DNA of 64,000 nucleotides, taken from NCBI GenBank assembly GCA_963839705.1, contig CAWIWL010000021.1, forward strand, positions 127,380-191,379, in the 5' to 3' direction. The notes under the pieces were generated by a model that saw only the letters and a list, made by a program, of their open reading frames with translations, was not told where the DNA came from and ran no database searches. The translations under genes were made by a program, and so were the position numbers. This document shows, in pieces, positions 27,741-36,944 of this stretch. How positions within the stretch are numbered: the first letter of the stretch is position 1; every line of letters begins with the position of its first letter. Source of the DNA: an uncultured Acidobacteriota bacterium (GTDB lineage Bacteria; Acidobacteriota; Vicinamibacteria; Vicinamibacterales; 2-12-FULL-66-21).

Positions 27741-28241
27741 ATGGCCTACCGCGGCGACACGACGGATCCGTTCGGGAATATGGTCCAGCGGCAACAGATC
27801 CAACGGAGCCGACTATCGAGGGTGGTCCTTGTGTTGCTCCTCTTGTGGATGGCTCCAAATACGTTTATTTATCTGTGGCAGGTCGCTAGCCCGCGCCCCG
27901 AACCATCCCGGACGATAGTCGCCCCGACCCAGACTCCCCCCCAGACGATGACGACCCCGACCCGGACGGTGACGCCACCGACCCGGACGATGCCGGCGCG
28001 GGGCCTTAAGATGAGCGCGACTGCCCTCGAGCGTTTGCTTCGTACTGCGCCCGCCTCGGATCGAGCACCACGCGACGTGCGCTGCCTGCCCGTTCAGACC
28101 GGCTGGGACTACGTGTGCACATACATCGCCGATTTCCCACACCCCCAGTCTCGATTGAAAATTGGTGTACGCGTGAGCGGCAACGGAATTCTCGCAGCCT
28201 CAGCGCCCCACCAATTCGCAGTGCCCTTGTCGAATCCATAG
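27741..28241 (+). CDS. Small single-pass membrane protein, paralogue B (MAYRGDTTDP... / two-Cys C-terminal domain)
   Basis: ATG 27741 aligns with the paralogue A start (in-frame TTG 27723 and ATG 27726 also possible). The linker has a short TP-rich tandem repeat. C-terminal APRDVRCLPVQTGWDYVCTY...KIGVRVS. Confidence 0.65.
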   Translation: MAYRGDTTDPFGNMVQRQQIQRSRLSRVVLVLLLLWMAPNTFIYLWQVASPRPEPSRTIVAPTQTPPQTMTTPTRTVTPPTRTMPARGLKMSATALERLLRTAPASDRAPRDVRCLPVQTGWDYVCTYIADFPHPQSRLKIGVRVSGNGILAASAPHQFAVPLSNP

Positions 28242-28718
28242 GGCACGGCCCCGCTCCGCCGGGGACTCCCACGTGCACCTCGTCTATGGCTCGTTCGAGC
28301 CGCGAATGATCCCCCTTCCCGTTCGCCAGATGACGTTCGATATCGCTGGCTCGGGCGTGGGATAGACTCGCGTCGACAAGGAGCAACAGTGAGGTCTCGC
28401 GGCTCGCCGCTCGCGGTCGGCAGTTGCTGGGTGTCATCCACGAGCTCCGAGTGAGCAATAGCGAAACGCCAGCAGCGAGCCGCGAGTTCCTGTCAGGCCT
28501 AGCTCACCGGCCCGTAAGCGAGAGGACGAATGTGCAAGGGTGCGCGGCCGGTCAGGAAGTGATGGTCAAGACAGCCGCTGGTGGCTACACTGACTGTCCG
28601 AGGGTCGGCGGCCGATGAAGCCATCTCATGAACCAGACGCTCGTTCCAAGGAGCGGGCGGGCCGTGCGGGTAAGTCCAGAGTCGTTTGACACTGTAGGAG
28701 CGAGAGACTCGAGCGTCG

Positions 28719-29933
28719 ATGGAAGTCCGCGACTTCTACGAACGGATGCCGTATCCGGCGCCGTTCACCACCCTGGACGAACACCGGGACCTGTACCGCA
28801 ACCCGGATCGTCGCCGCGCGCTCTTCCACCTGAATTGGCCGTCGGAGCCCTTCCGCGGTCAGCAGGAGATCCTCGTGGCCGGCTGCGGAACGTCGCAGGC
28901 GGCCCGGCACGCATTGCGCGAGCCCGAGGCACGAATCACCGCCATCGACATCAGCGAAACGAGCCTGCGCCATACGCGCGAGCTTCAGCAGAAGTACAAC
29001 CTGCAGAATCTCGAGCTCCATCGGATGGCGATCGAGGACGTCCGCGAGCTCGGCCGCACGTTCGACAGCGTCGCCGCGACCGGCGTGCTCCACCACTTGC
29101 CCGATCCCGATGTCGGGCTGCGGGCCCTGCGCGACGTCCTTCGTCCGCAGGGCGCCATGCACCTGATGGTCTACGCCCCGTACGGGCGGACGGGCATTTA
29201 CATGATGCAGGAGTACTGTCGTCTGCTTGGGATCACGCCCTCGGACGAGGAGCTGCGTGATCTCGGCGTCGCGCTCGAGGCCCTGCCCGACGATCACCCC
29301 ATCGCCGGCGTGATGCGGAAAGCAAAGGATTTCAGACATCCCGACGCGCTGGCCGATGCGCTGCTGCACCCCATCGATCGCGCGTACAGCGTGCCGCAGT
29401 TGTATGACTGGCTGGATCGCTGCGGCATGTCGTTCGGACGGTGGGTCGAGCAGGCGCCGTACCTCGCCCAGTGCGGTGTGATCGCGAAGACGAAACATGC
29501 CGCACGCCTCGCATCGCTGCCGGCCCCGGCGCAGCACGCGGCCGTCGAGCTGTTCCGCGGCACGATGGTGAAGCACAACCTGATCGCGTATCGCGCCGAT
29601 CGCGCCGGCGCGAGCCAGCCGATCACCTTTGCCGGCGCCGAGTGGCGCGGCTACGTTCCCATTGCGCTGCCGTGGACGGTATGCGTGCGGGAGCGCCTGC
29701 CGCGCGGGAGCGTCGCCGTCCTGATCAACCGGGCCCATCCCTTTACAGACCTCATTTGCTGCGTTGACGCGTTCGAAGACCGGTTGTTCACCGCGATCGA
29801 TGGGAAGCGGTCGCTCGCCGCGATCCTGCAGGTGGGACGCGTGACCGCGGATGAGGCACGCCGTGCGGCGGGTTTTTTCGAGCGGCTCTGGCAGTACGAC
29901 CAGGTGGCCTTCGACGCTTCCGGCGGCGCTTGA
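28719..29933 (+). CDS. Class I SAM-dependent methyltransferase with ~250-aa C-terminal extension
   Basis: 404 aa. Motif I ILVAGCGTSQAA. Post-I ITAIDISE. Motif IV-like FDSVAATGVLHHLPDP. Confidence 0.85.
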   Translation: MEVRDFYERMPYPAPFTTLDEHRDLYRNPDRRRALFHLNWPSEPFRGQQEILVAGCGTSQAARHALREPEARITAIDISETSLRHTRELQQKYNLQNLELHRMAIEDVRELGRTFDSVAATGVLHHLPDPDVGLRALRDVLRPQGAMHLMVYAPYGRTGIYMMQEYCRLLGITPSDEELRDLGVALEALPDDHPIAGVMRKAKDFRHPDALADALLHPIDRAYSVPQLYDWLDRCGMSFGRWVEQAPYLAQCGVIAKTKHAARLASLPAPAQHAAVELFRGTMVKHNLIAYRADRAGASQPITFAGAEWRGYVPIALPWTVCVRERLPRGSVAVLINRAHPFTDLICCVDAFEDRLFTAIDGKRSLAAILQVGRVTADEARRAAGFFERLWQYDQVAFDASGGA

Positions 29934-30470
29934 GGTGTTGCCACCGTCCCTCCTGGATTACGAAATCGAGATCAAATGTTGGAACCTCAACGACCTTTCG
30001 GACCATCCCATCGCCGGAAAGGGCAAAACCCCCTTAATTTCTATCCTGATCGCCCTGGCACTCTTTGTGCTCAGGTATGCCCCATGGATGCTAAGGTCAA
30101 AACACTCACGTGCTTGTTCATTAGCAAGAGTGGCGGCCTTTCCGTGCGACTAATCGAGCCGCCCCTCGCTGAAGCGTACCAGACGCCTGAGGTCCCGCCA
30201 GGGATGCTCCACGCCGTGCGCCTGCTCGGCTTGTCGGATCAGGTTCGCGTATTCAAGCGAACGGTCGAAGGTGCGTTGCCTGTCTATGAAGAGCTCGAGT
30301 GATGATGGCGCCTCCGGCGCCGGGCTTCGCACGTCGACTTCGGTCGTGATCGTGTCCCGCCAAACCTTCCTCAAGTTGCTCGCCTCTACGCGTTCTGCCG
30401 GAAATGCGCCTTCGGTTCACTAGGAGCTGTCACACCCTTCGGTTAGGCTAGGAAGCGGAGGTCTCAGACC

Positions 30471-31500
30471 ATGCGCCCCGTCCTGATTCGCCGGCGGGCC
30501 GTTCCGCGAACCGGCCTGGTCGTTGCCGCGCTGACGATCGCCGCGGTGTTGCTCGTCTCGGCTCAGACGGCAACGCTGCGACTTGTGTCGACCGCCTGGT
30601 CGCCGTTTACGAACGAGTCCGGCCAGCCTCGGTTCGCCCTCGATCTGGTCGAAGCCGCCTTCGGCCGCATCGGCGTCACGTCGACTACGACGATCGTTCC
30701 GGCCTCGGACTTCACCTCGTCGCTCCTCGGCAGTCGCTTCGACGGCAGCGCCGCGGCGTGGAAGGACGAGGCGCGCGAGCGCGTGCTCCTCTTTTCGCAG
30801 CCGTATCTCGAGAACCGTCTGATGCTCGTCGGGCGACGAGGCGACGACGTGTCGGCGTCGACGTTTGCGGCGCTCAAGGGGAAGAAGATTGCGATCGTCG
30901 AGGGCTACTCGGTACGGCGACACGCTGGACAACGCCGGCCCGACGTTCGTGCGGTCGCGGACGGAAGAGGACAGCCTGTCGCAACTACTGAAGAACGCGG
31001 TCGACTACACGCTCATGGATGAGCTGGTCGTACGCTACATCACCAGCAACTACCCGAAAGAGGCACAGGCGCGGTTACAGGTCGGCTCGACGCCGCTCGT
31101 CACCCGGCCGCTTTACCTCGCCATCCGCAAGGATTTGCCGAACGCCCAGTCGATCGTCGACCGGTTCAACGCGCAGATCCGCGTGATGATTACCGATCGC
31201 ACCTACCACCGGCTCCTGCACCTTGACTGGATCACTGCCGACGTCGACGGCGACGGGATAGCTGAGCTGGTCCCGAAAGGCGATCGCGTCGGCGCCGTGG
31301 CCCCCAAGGCCGCGTATTCGATCTCGACGGTGACCGACAAGCCCGGAACGAAGCCGCCTTCGGGCACTCAGCCGCGCTTCTATGTCGGCGGCAACCTCTA
31401 CACCGACTGGGCCAGCGTGCCCAATTCGTACAAGGTGGAGGACCCCAAGCGTCCGGACCCGAGTCGCTCGTCGGGGTCGATCTTCACGTTCAGGTGGTAG
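30471..31500 (+). CDS. Periplasmic substrate-binding protein (SBP_bac_3-like) with C-terminal extension; one frame change
   Basis: GGAGG 9 nt upstream of the ATG and a signal peptide. KKIAIVEGYS (frame of 30471) continues as YGDTLDNAGPTFVRSRTEEDSLSQLLKNAVDYTLMDE in the frame of ORF 30865..31500. There is an extra G at 30911-30912. Confidence 0.75.
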
Positions 31501-31683
31501 CGCGACACTGGCTAAACCGACGACGGATTCTTGGAGTTCTCGTCGTGTTCATCGGGTCATCATGCTCATCGTGAGCCGTGGCCGTCGGCGCGTTCAGCTT
31601 GCTCGTGGGTTATGAGATAAGTTGTAGGCCTCGCACGATCACGAGATACCTGCGCCCGCACGCGGCCGAGAGTCAGCACCGAT

Positions 31684-32043
31684 ATGGAAGAACTCATCGA
31701 CTCATTCGCCCGCGCGGCGGGATCGATCGTCGACGCCATGGCCGTCCTCACCGTGTTCTACGGCTCGGTCGAAGCCTTCATCAGGCTGCTTCCAGTCGCG
31801 GCCAGGCCGCGCGCCTCCCACGGCGAGCGCAAAGCGATCTGGCGCCGCTACGGCGTCTGGCTGCTCCTCGGGCTCGAGTTCGAGCTCGCCGCCGACATCA
31901 TCGGCAGCGTAGTGTCGCCGACCTGGCAGGAGGTCGGCAAGCTGGGCGCGATCGCCGTCATCAGAACGTTTCTGAACTACTTCCTCGAGAAAGATCTCGA
32001 CAGCGCCGAGGCGTCAGGCGACAGCGCCGGGCAACGAGAGTGA
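31684..32043 (+). CDS. DUF1622 family membrane protein
   Basis: 119 aa. RRYGVWLLLGLEFELAADIIGSVV...AIAVIRTFLNYFLEKD matches the DUF1622 pattern. Confidence 0.8.
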   Translation: MEELIDSFARAAGSIVDAMAVLTVFYGSVEAFIRLLPVAARPRASHGERKAIWRRYGVWLLLGLEFELAADIIGSVVSPTWQEVGKLGAIAVIRTFLNYFLEKDLDSAEASGDSAGQRE

Positions 32044-32050
32044 GGGCATC

Positions 32051-32458
32051 GTGGAAGACGTACTAACCCGCTTTGTCGCCGACCTGATCGGTCGTGTCAG
32101 CGGGCCGCTGTCGTTTCGCTTGATCTTGCAGCCGATGATGGCCGCCTTCTTTGCCGTGCGCGATGGCCTCAAGGAAGAACGCCAGAATCGCCCCCCATAT
32201 TTCTGGGGCCTGTTCACCGCATCACGAGAGCAACGGCGCGAGCTCATTCACGACGGCTGGAAGGCCGTCGTCAAGGTGTTCTCGCTGGCCGTCGTGCTCG
32301 ATTTCGTGTACCAGGTGATTGTCTTTCGTTGGGTCTATCCCATCGAGTCGCTCGTTGTCGCGATCATTCTGGCCATCGTGCCATACGTTCTTCTGCGCGG
32401 TCTGGTCAACCGGCTCGTCAGGACCTGGAGCCACGCCAAGGGAGACGCTTCGGGATGA
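32051..32458 (+). CDS. Membrane protein, function unknown
   Basis: 135-aa ORF with GTG start, 8 nt after the previous stop. Three hydrophobic segments. No family recognised. Confidence 0.55.
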   Translation: MEDVLTRFVADLIGRVSGPLSFRLILQPMMAAFFAVRDGLKEERQNRPPYFWGLFTASREQRRELIHDGWKAVVKVFSLAVVLDFVYQVIVFRWVYPIESLVVAIILAIVPYVLLRGLVNRLVRTWSHAKGDASG

Positions 32459-32564
32459 CGGCAGCGACCACCGAACTGAACCAGTACCTCGCGGTCGATC
32501 GGACGGAGCTGGCGCGGCGGAGTTGAGGAGAACCGGCGCCGGCCACGGCGTCCAGGAGGAACTC

Positions 32565-33107
32565 ATGGAGAGCAGCGTTCTCGGCGGACTGCGTCACATC
32601 GTCGCGCAACACTGGTGGGTCATGCTGCTGCGCGGCATCGTCGCCATCCTGTTCGGCGTCATTGCCTTCCTCTGGCCGGGCCTCACGCTGGCGTCGCTCG
32701 TCCTCATCATCGGCGCATGTTTTATGTTCGACGGCATCGCCGCCATCGCCGCCGGTCTCCGCGAGCGCTTCTGGCAGTCGACGTTGATCGGCGTCGTGAG
32801 CGTCCTCGCGGGGCTGGCCACGTTCTTCTATCCAGGACTGACAGCGATGGCGCTGCTCTACGTGATCGCCTTCTGGGCGATCGCGCGCGGAGCGCTCGAG
32901 ATCCTGGCGGCGATCGAGTTTAGGAAGGTGATTGAGGGCGAGCTGCTTCTGGGCCTTGCGGGACTGCTGTCCATCGCCTTCGGCATCTTCATCATCCTGA
33001 ACCCTGGCGCCGGCGCGCTGTCCATCGTGTGGATGCTGGCGATCTATGCTGTCCTCTTCGGGCTGACGCTCGTGATCCTCAGCTTCAGGCTCAAGTCGTT
33101 GGCGTAG
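32565..33107 (+). CDS. HdeD/DUF308 family membrane protein
   Basis: ATG 32565 with AGGAGGA 4 nt upstream. WWVMLLRGIVAILFGVIAFLWPG and repeated DUF308-type helices. Confidence 0.8.
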   Translation: MESSVLGGLRHIVAQHWWVMLLRGIVAILFGVIAFLWPGLTLASLVLIIGACFMFDGIAAIAAGLRERFWQSTLIGVVSVLAGLATFFYPGLTAMALLYVIAFWAIARGALEILAAIEFRKVIEGELLLGLAGLLSIAFGIFIILNPGAGALSIVWMLAIYAVLFGLTLVILSFRLKSLA

Positions 33108-33151
33108 AAGACACCCTCGGCGCCGACACCATCGCCGATCGGATCACGCCA

Positions 33152-33496
33152 CTAGCGCGATCCTCCAGGTGTATCCCGGACGATGCAGCGGAAGCCGATA
33201 TGCGCCATGCCGGTGTCGATCATCTGCGGCTGCCTGGCAGCAGGCCGATACCGGAGGCAGTAGTTGGGGGCGCAGAGATGCGAGCCTCCCTTGACGACCC
33301 TCCGTGGGATGCGAAACTGAGGCTGGCCGGCGTCGTAACTCTTCTCCTCGGTCTCGACGCGCGGGTTGACCGACGACATACAGCAGGACTTGACGGCCAG
33401 GTTCGATCCGCGTGGTTCCCACCAGTCGCTCGTCCACTCCCACACGTTGCCGGTGATGTCGTAGAGGCCGTAGCCGTTCGCGGGATAGTATCCGGA
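33152..33496 (-). pseudogene. C-terminal ~115 codons of a formylglycine-generating enzyme (SUMF1/FGE) gene; N-terminal two-thirds missing
   Basis: SGYYPANGYGLYDITGNVWEWTSDWW...VVKGGSHLCAPNYCLRYRPAARQPQMIDTGMAHIGFRCI. In-frame TGA at 33497-33499. No frame upstream encodes the missing FGE core. Confidence 0.75.
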
Positions 33497-33573
33497 TCAT
33501 TTCGGCGCGTGCAGCGAGTGTCGTCATTCCCCAAGAGCGTGTTTCGATGATGCCTTTCGCCCGTGCGAGACAC

Positions 33574-33610
33574 CGCCCGCCAGCATCCGGACGAGCGATG
33601 CTGGCGGGCG
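33574..33610 (-). terminator. 14-bp GC hairpin downstream of the sulfatase gene (possible terminator, no U-tract)
   Basis: CGCCCGCCAGCATC (33574-33587) pairs with GATGCTGGCGGGCG (33597-33610) across a 9-nt loop. It lies 24 nt after the sulfatase stop. Confidence 0.35.
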
Positions 33611-33633
33611 ACACCGTGTGCAGGTCGCGACGT

Positions 33634-35157
33634 TTAGTGATTCTTCTCCGCTCCGCTCATGAGCTTCTGCATCACCTGGTCGATGCTGAAGCTGGCAGGC
33701 TTCTGGCTCGGTGGGAACTCCTTGAAGCTTTGGATCCACTTCGCCACGAACCCCTGCGCCGGTATGAGGAGGAACACGCGCCTGAGTAACCAATCGAAGT
33801 AGTAGATCGAGTCGTGGTCCGCCCGTTCGAACGGGTCGCTGCGAAGATTGAAGATCTTCGGCACACGCAGCTCGACCATCGGCTCCGACCAGACCTCGAA
33901 GCCCTCCTTGCGCTGCTCCTTGAAGACCGCCTTCCAGTTGCCGTAGCGCAGCGCCATCAGGTCGCCGTCGTCGCTCCAGTACAGCATTTCCTTCCGCGGC
34001 GATTCCTCGACCTCGCCCTTGAAGTACGGCAGCAGGTTGTAGCCATCGAGATGGACCTTGAAGGACTTTTCACCTGCCTGATACCCCTTGAGCAGCTTGT
34101 CCTTGATATCCGGATCACCGGCTGCGGCAAGCAGCGTCGGCATGAGGTCCTCGTGCGCGAAGATCTCATTCGACACGGTGCCGGGCTTGATCACGCCGGG
34201 CCACTTGAGCATCGCCGGTACGCGCCAACCGGCATCCCAGTTCGTGTCCTTCTCGCCGCGGAAGGGCGTCGTTCCGCCGTCTGGCCACGAGAAGCATTCA
34301 GCACCGTTGTCGGTCGAGTACATGACGATGGTGTTGTCGGCGATGCCCAACTCGTCGATCTTGTTCAGCAGCCGGCCCACGTCCTCGTCGTGCTCGACCA
34401 TGCCGTCCGGGTACGTTCCGAGCCCGGTCTTGCCGATCGACGTCGGCTTCAAGTGGCTGAAGATGTGCATCCGTGTCGAGTTCGCCCAGACGAAGAACGG
34501 CTTGTTCGCCTTGTGCGCGCGGTCGATGAAGTCGAGCGCGGCGTCGGTGAACTCGTCGTTGACGGTTTCCATGCGCTTGGTCGTGAGCGGGCCGGTGTTT
34601 TCGATTGTCTGCTTGCCCACCTTGCCGAACACCGGATCCTCGGTCGGATCGTCTTTGTCGGTCGCCCAGCAGTGCATGACGCCGCGCGGTCCGAACTTCT
34701 TCTTGAACTCGGGGTTCTTCGGGTAGTCGGGATTCTCGGGTTCTTCTTCGGCGTTGAGGTGGTAGAGATTGCCGAAGAACTCGTCGAAGCCGTGGGCGGT
34801 CGGCAGGAACTCGTTCTTGTCGCCGAGGTGGTTCTTGCCGAACTGACCGGTGACGTAGCCGAGCGGCTTGAGGAGCTCGGCGATCGTCGCGTCGTGCGCG
34901 CGCAGCCCTTGGTCGGCGCCAGGCAGGCCGACCTTGGTGAGCCCCGTGCGGATTGGCGACTGGCCGGTGATGAACGCGGCGCGGCCTGCGGTGCAGCTTT
35001 GCTGGCCGTACCAGTCGGTGAACATCGCCCCCTCACGCGCGACCCGATCGATGTTCGGTGTGCGGTACCCCATCAGGCCGTGATTGTAGGCACTGACGTT
35101 GAACCAGCCGATGTCGTCTCCCCAGATGATCAGGATGTTGGGTTGTTTCGTTGCCAT
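33634..35157 (-). CDS. Arylsulfatase (Cys-type, C-x-A-x-R variant)
   Basis: 507 aa with GGAG 8 nt upstream of the ATG. ILIIWGDDIGW and the formylglycine site QQSCTAGRAAFITGQSP. No signal peptide seen. Confidence 0.9.
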   Translation of the reverse strand: MATKQPNILIIWGDDIGWFNVSAYNHGLMGYRTPNIDRVAREGAMFTDWYGQQSCTAGRAAFITGQSPIRTGLTKVGLPGADQGLRAHDATIAELLKPLGYVTGQFGKNHLGDKNEFLPTAHGFDEFFGNLYHLNAEEEPENPDYPKNPEFKKKFGPRGVMHCWATDKDDPTEDPVFGKVGKQTIENTGPLTTKRMETVNDEFTDAALDFIDRAHKANKPFFVWANSTRMHIFSHLKPTSIGKTGLGTYPDGMVEHDEDVGRLLNKIDELGIADNTIVMYSTDNGAECFSWPDGGTTPFRGEKDTNWDAGWRVPAMLKWPGVIKPGTVSNEIFAHEDLMPTLLAAAGDPDIKDKLLKGYQAGEKSFKVHLDGYNLLPYFKGEVEESPRKEMLYWSDDGDLMALRYGNWKAVFKEQRKEGFEVWSEPMVELRVPKIFNLRSDPFERADHDSIYYFDWLLRRVFLLIPAQGFVAKWIQSFKEFPPSQKPASFSIDQVMQKLMSGAEKNH

Positions 35158-35688
35158 AATTCATCTCCGATTGCTTGACCGACGTGTTGATGACCCCTGT
35201 CAGTTTCTGGCGGCCGTCGCTACGGGCCGCGCACGCGCGCTGGGACTCCGTTTCTTGAATCAGACGCTCGCGGCCGATCGACTGGCGCTTCTGCCGGCAC
35301 TGGCTGCCGGTGTGCGCGCTAACGGCCCGTAGGGTTCGGGCTGGCGCGACGATGGCGCGGCTGAAGATCGAACTAGCCTGACGCTCATGACTGGATTGCC
35401 TTTCAGAGAAGGTCTGTCCTGACGCTTCGTGAGAGGTACGACTGGCCGGCCTCCGACTTCGCGAACGGCGGGAGTGTCCCGGGCGCCGGGCTTCTCCTGG
35501 GCCGGCTTCGATTGCTGAGCTATCCTTCGCGGGGGTTGGCGCCTGGGCCGCGAGCACCTCGGCCGCGGTCAGCCACACGACTCCGACTGCGGTTGCCAGT
35601 GAATCGCGAACGCGCATACGAGCAGAGATCCAAGGACTCTGGCTCGCTTTCCTCCGCGGCGGCAATAGGACCTTAGCCCTATGCCTAG

Positions 35689-36102
35689 GACTCTAGAGCT
35701 ACACCTAGCGAGGGGGGCGAGGGCGGTCAGCGCAAGCTGCTCGACGCGCTGCAGAAGGTCAAGCCGCGCGTCGGATACATCCGCACGCCCAACAGCATCG
35801 GCTGGGATCTCCGATACGGGGTTGAGAATACGATGCCGGATGGTACGCGGCAACTCGTCATCGCCACCGACAAGCCCGTCAGCTTCGCCGCCGCCAGCCA
35901 GGGGGACGTCATGGACTATCCTTTCACGTTGGTAGAAATGCGCATGAAGCCGAATGAGAAGGGCGAAGACAAGATGCTCGCGGCGACCTCGATCACGACC
36001 AAGAACGGCCGGCTGGAACTCGAGAACTACGGGCAGGAGCCGGTGCGACTGACCGAGATCACCGAGCAACAGAAAAGAAGAAGTAACCACCAGCACCGCT
36101 GA
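35689..36102 (+). pseudogene. 5'-truncated gene for a small conserved protein of unknown function (or an 89-aa product from ATG 35833)
   Basis: The frame is open from 35689 with no ATG/GTG/TTG before 35833. The ATG-less part GGQRKLLDALQKVKPRVGYIRTPNSIGWDLRYGVENT reads as real protein, continuous with MPDGTRQLVIATDKPVSF...DYPFTLVEMRM...LELENYGQEPVRL. No signal peptide. Confidence 0.45.
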
Positions 36103-36120
36103 CGCCGAGCTCAGAACGCC

Positions 36121-36875
36121 GTGAAGCTTCCTGGTCGGTTCGTGGTCGGGCCGTTCTTGCTGCTCTGTGCAGCGCTTCCCGCTGAGGCTCAGGAGGACAC
36201 GCAGCTATGGGGTGAATTCAAGCTCAGCTGGATCAAGACGCGCCACCTCACCTACGGGCTCGACGTCGAGCCCAAGGTGCTACTGACGAAACCGGAGGGA
36301 GATCCAGGCTGGGTCACACTCGATCTGACGCCGTCGGTCGAGTACACCGTGGTGAATGGCTTGACGTGCTCGGCGAGTTTCTCATCGCCAAGACTCGGCA
36401 AACCGACGATCTGAATTCGACGGAGATCACGCCCCGCATCGGCCTGCGGCTGCACCTGCTGTCGAACCTGCGCGAGGATCTGGTCAAGGAGAAGCGGCCC
36501 GGGCATCGCGTCGTGCTACGTAACCTGGCTAGGCTCGAGTGGCGCAACTTGTTCTACTCCGCCGCCGACAAGCCCAACAAGACGACGATGCGCTTCCGCG
36601 ATCGTGTCGAGCTGTTGTGTGCGCTGACGCGGCCGCGCATCACAGACAACGGCGTCACCTACGCCCTCGGCGACGCCGAGTGGTTCTGGCAGCTCGACGA
36701 CGTCAACGAACGCTATGCCGGCAAGCAGCGCGTTCGCGGCGGCATTGGCTATCGCCGGAGCTCCGAGTGGCGGTTCGAAGGACTGCTGATCTGGAACCGG
36801 TCGCGCAACACCATCGATCAACCGTTCAGTGTCACGGATTTCGTCGTCGATCTGACTGTGAAGCGAGTGTGGTAA
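36121..36875 (+). CDS. DUF2490-like outer-membrane beta-barrel protein; one frame change
   Basis: GTG start and signal peptide (LLLCAALPAEAQEDTQLWGEF). ORF 36121..36414 continues in ORF 36366..36875 (LDVLGEFLIAKTRQ...). The switch is near 36355-36360; AATGGC would read AATTGGC if a T were restored. Confidence 0.7.
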
Positions 36876-36944
36876 GCCGTCTCGAAGTTGTCACTCGAAG
36901 GCGATACCGCGATACGACTTTACGTTGCCTAGGCCCGCGACTCC

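Noticed and set aside
28260-28458. Minus-strand ORF segment LLLLVDASLSHARASDIERHLANGKGDHSRLERAIDE, reminiscent of a zf-HC2 anti-sigma factor N-terminus.
   Set aside because: The zinc-ligand cysteines of the H-x3-C-x2-C motif are absent (HLANGKGD). The ORF would have to overlap paralogue B by more than 200 nt. No sigma gene is adjacent. At best it is a degenerate remnant.
30150-30374. 74-aa minus-strand ORF (…ELFIDRQRTFDRSLEYANLIRQAEQAHGVEHPWRDL…) considered as a toxin-antitoxin or HEPN-like fragment.
   Set aside because: No diagnostic motif is recognised. It overlaps another equally unconvincing ORF and has no ribosome-binding site. It is reported only as part of the low-GC gap.
35033-35665. 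210-aa minus-strand ORF spanning the sulfatase 5' end and its upstream gap.
   Set aside because: Only the first ~32 codons (from ATG 35617) look like protein, specifically a signal peptide. The rest is Arg/Ser-rich and runs out of frame through the sulfatase start. It is treated as an orphan remnant in the findings rather than as a gene.
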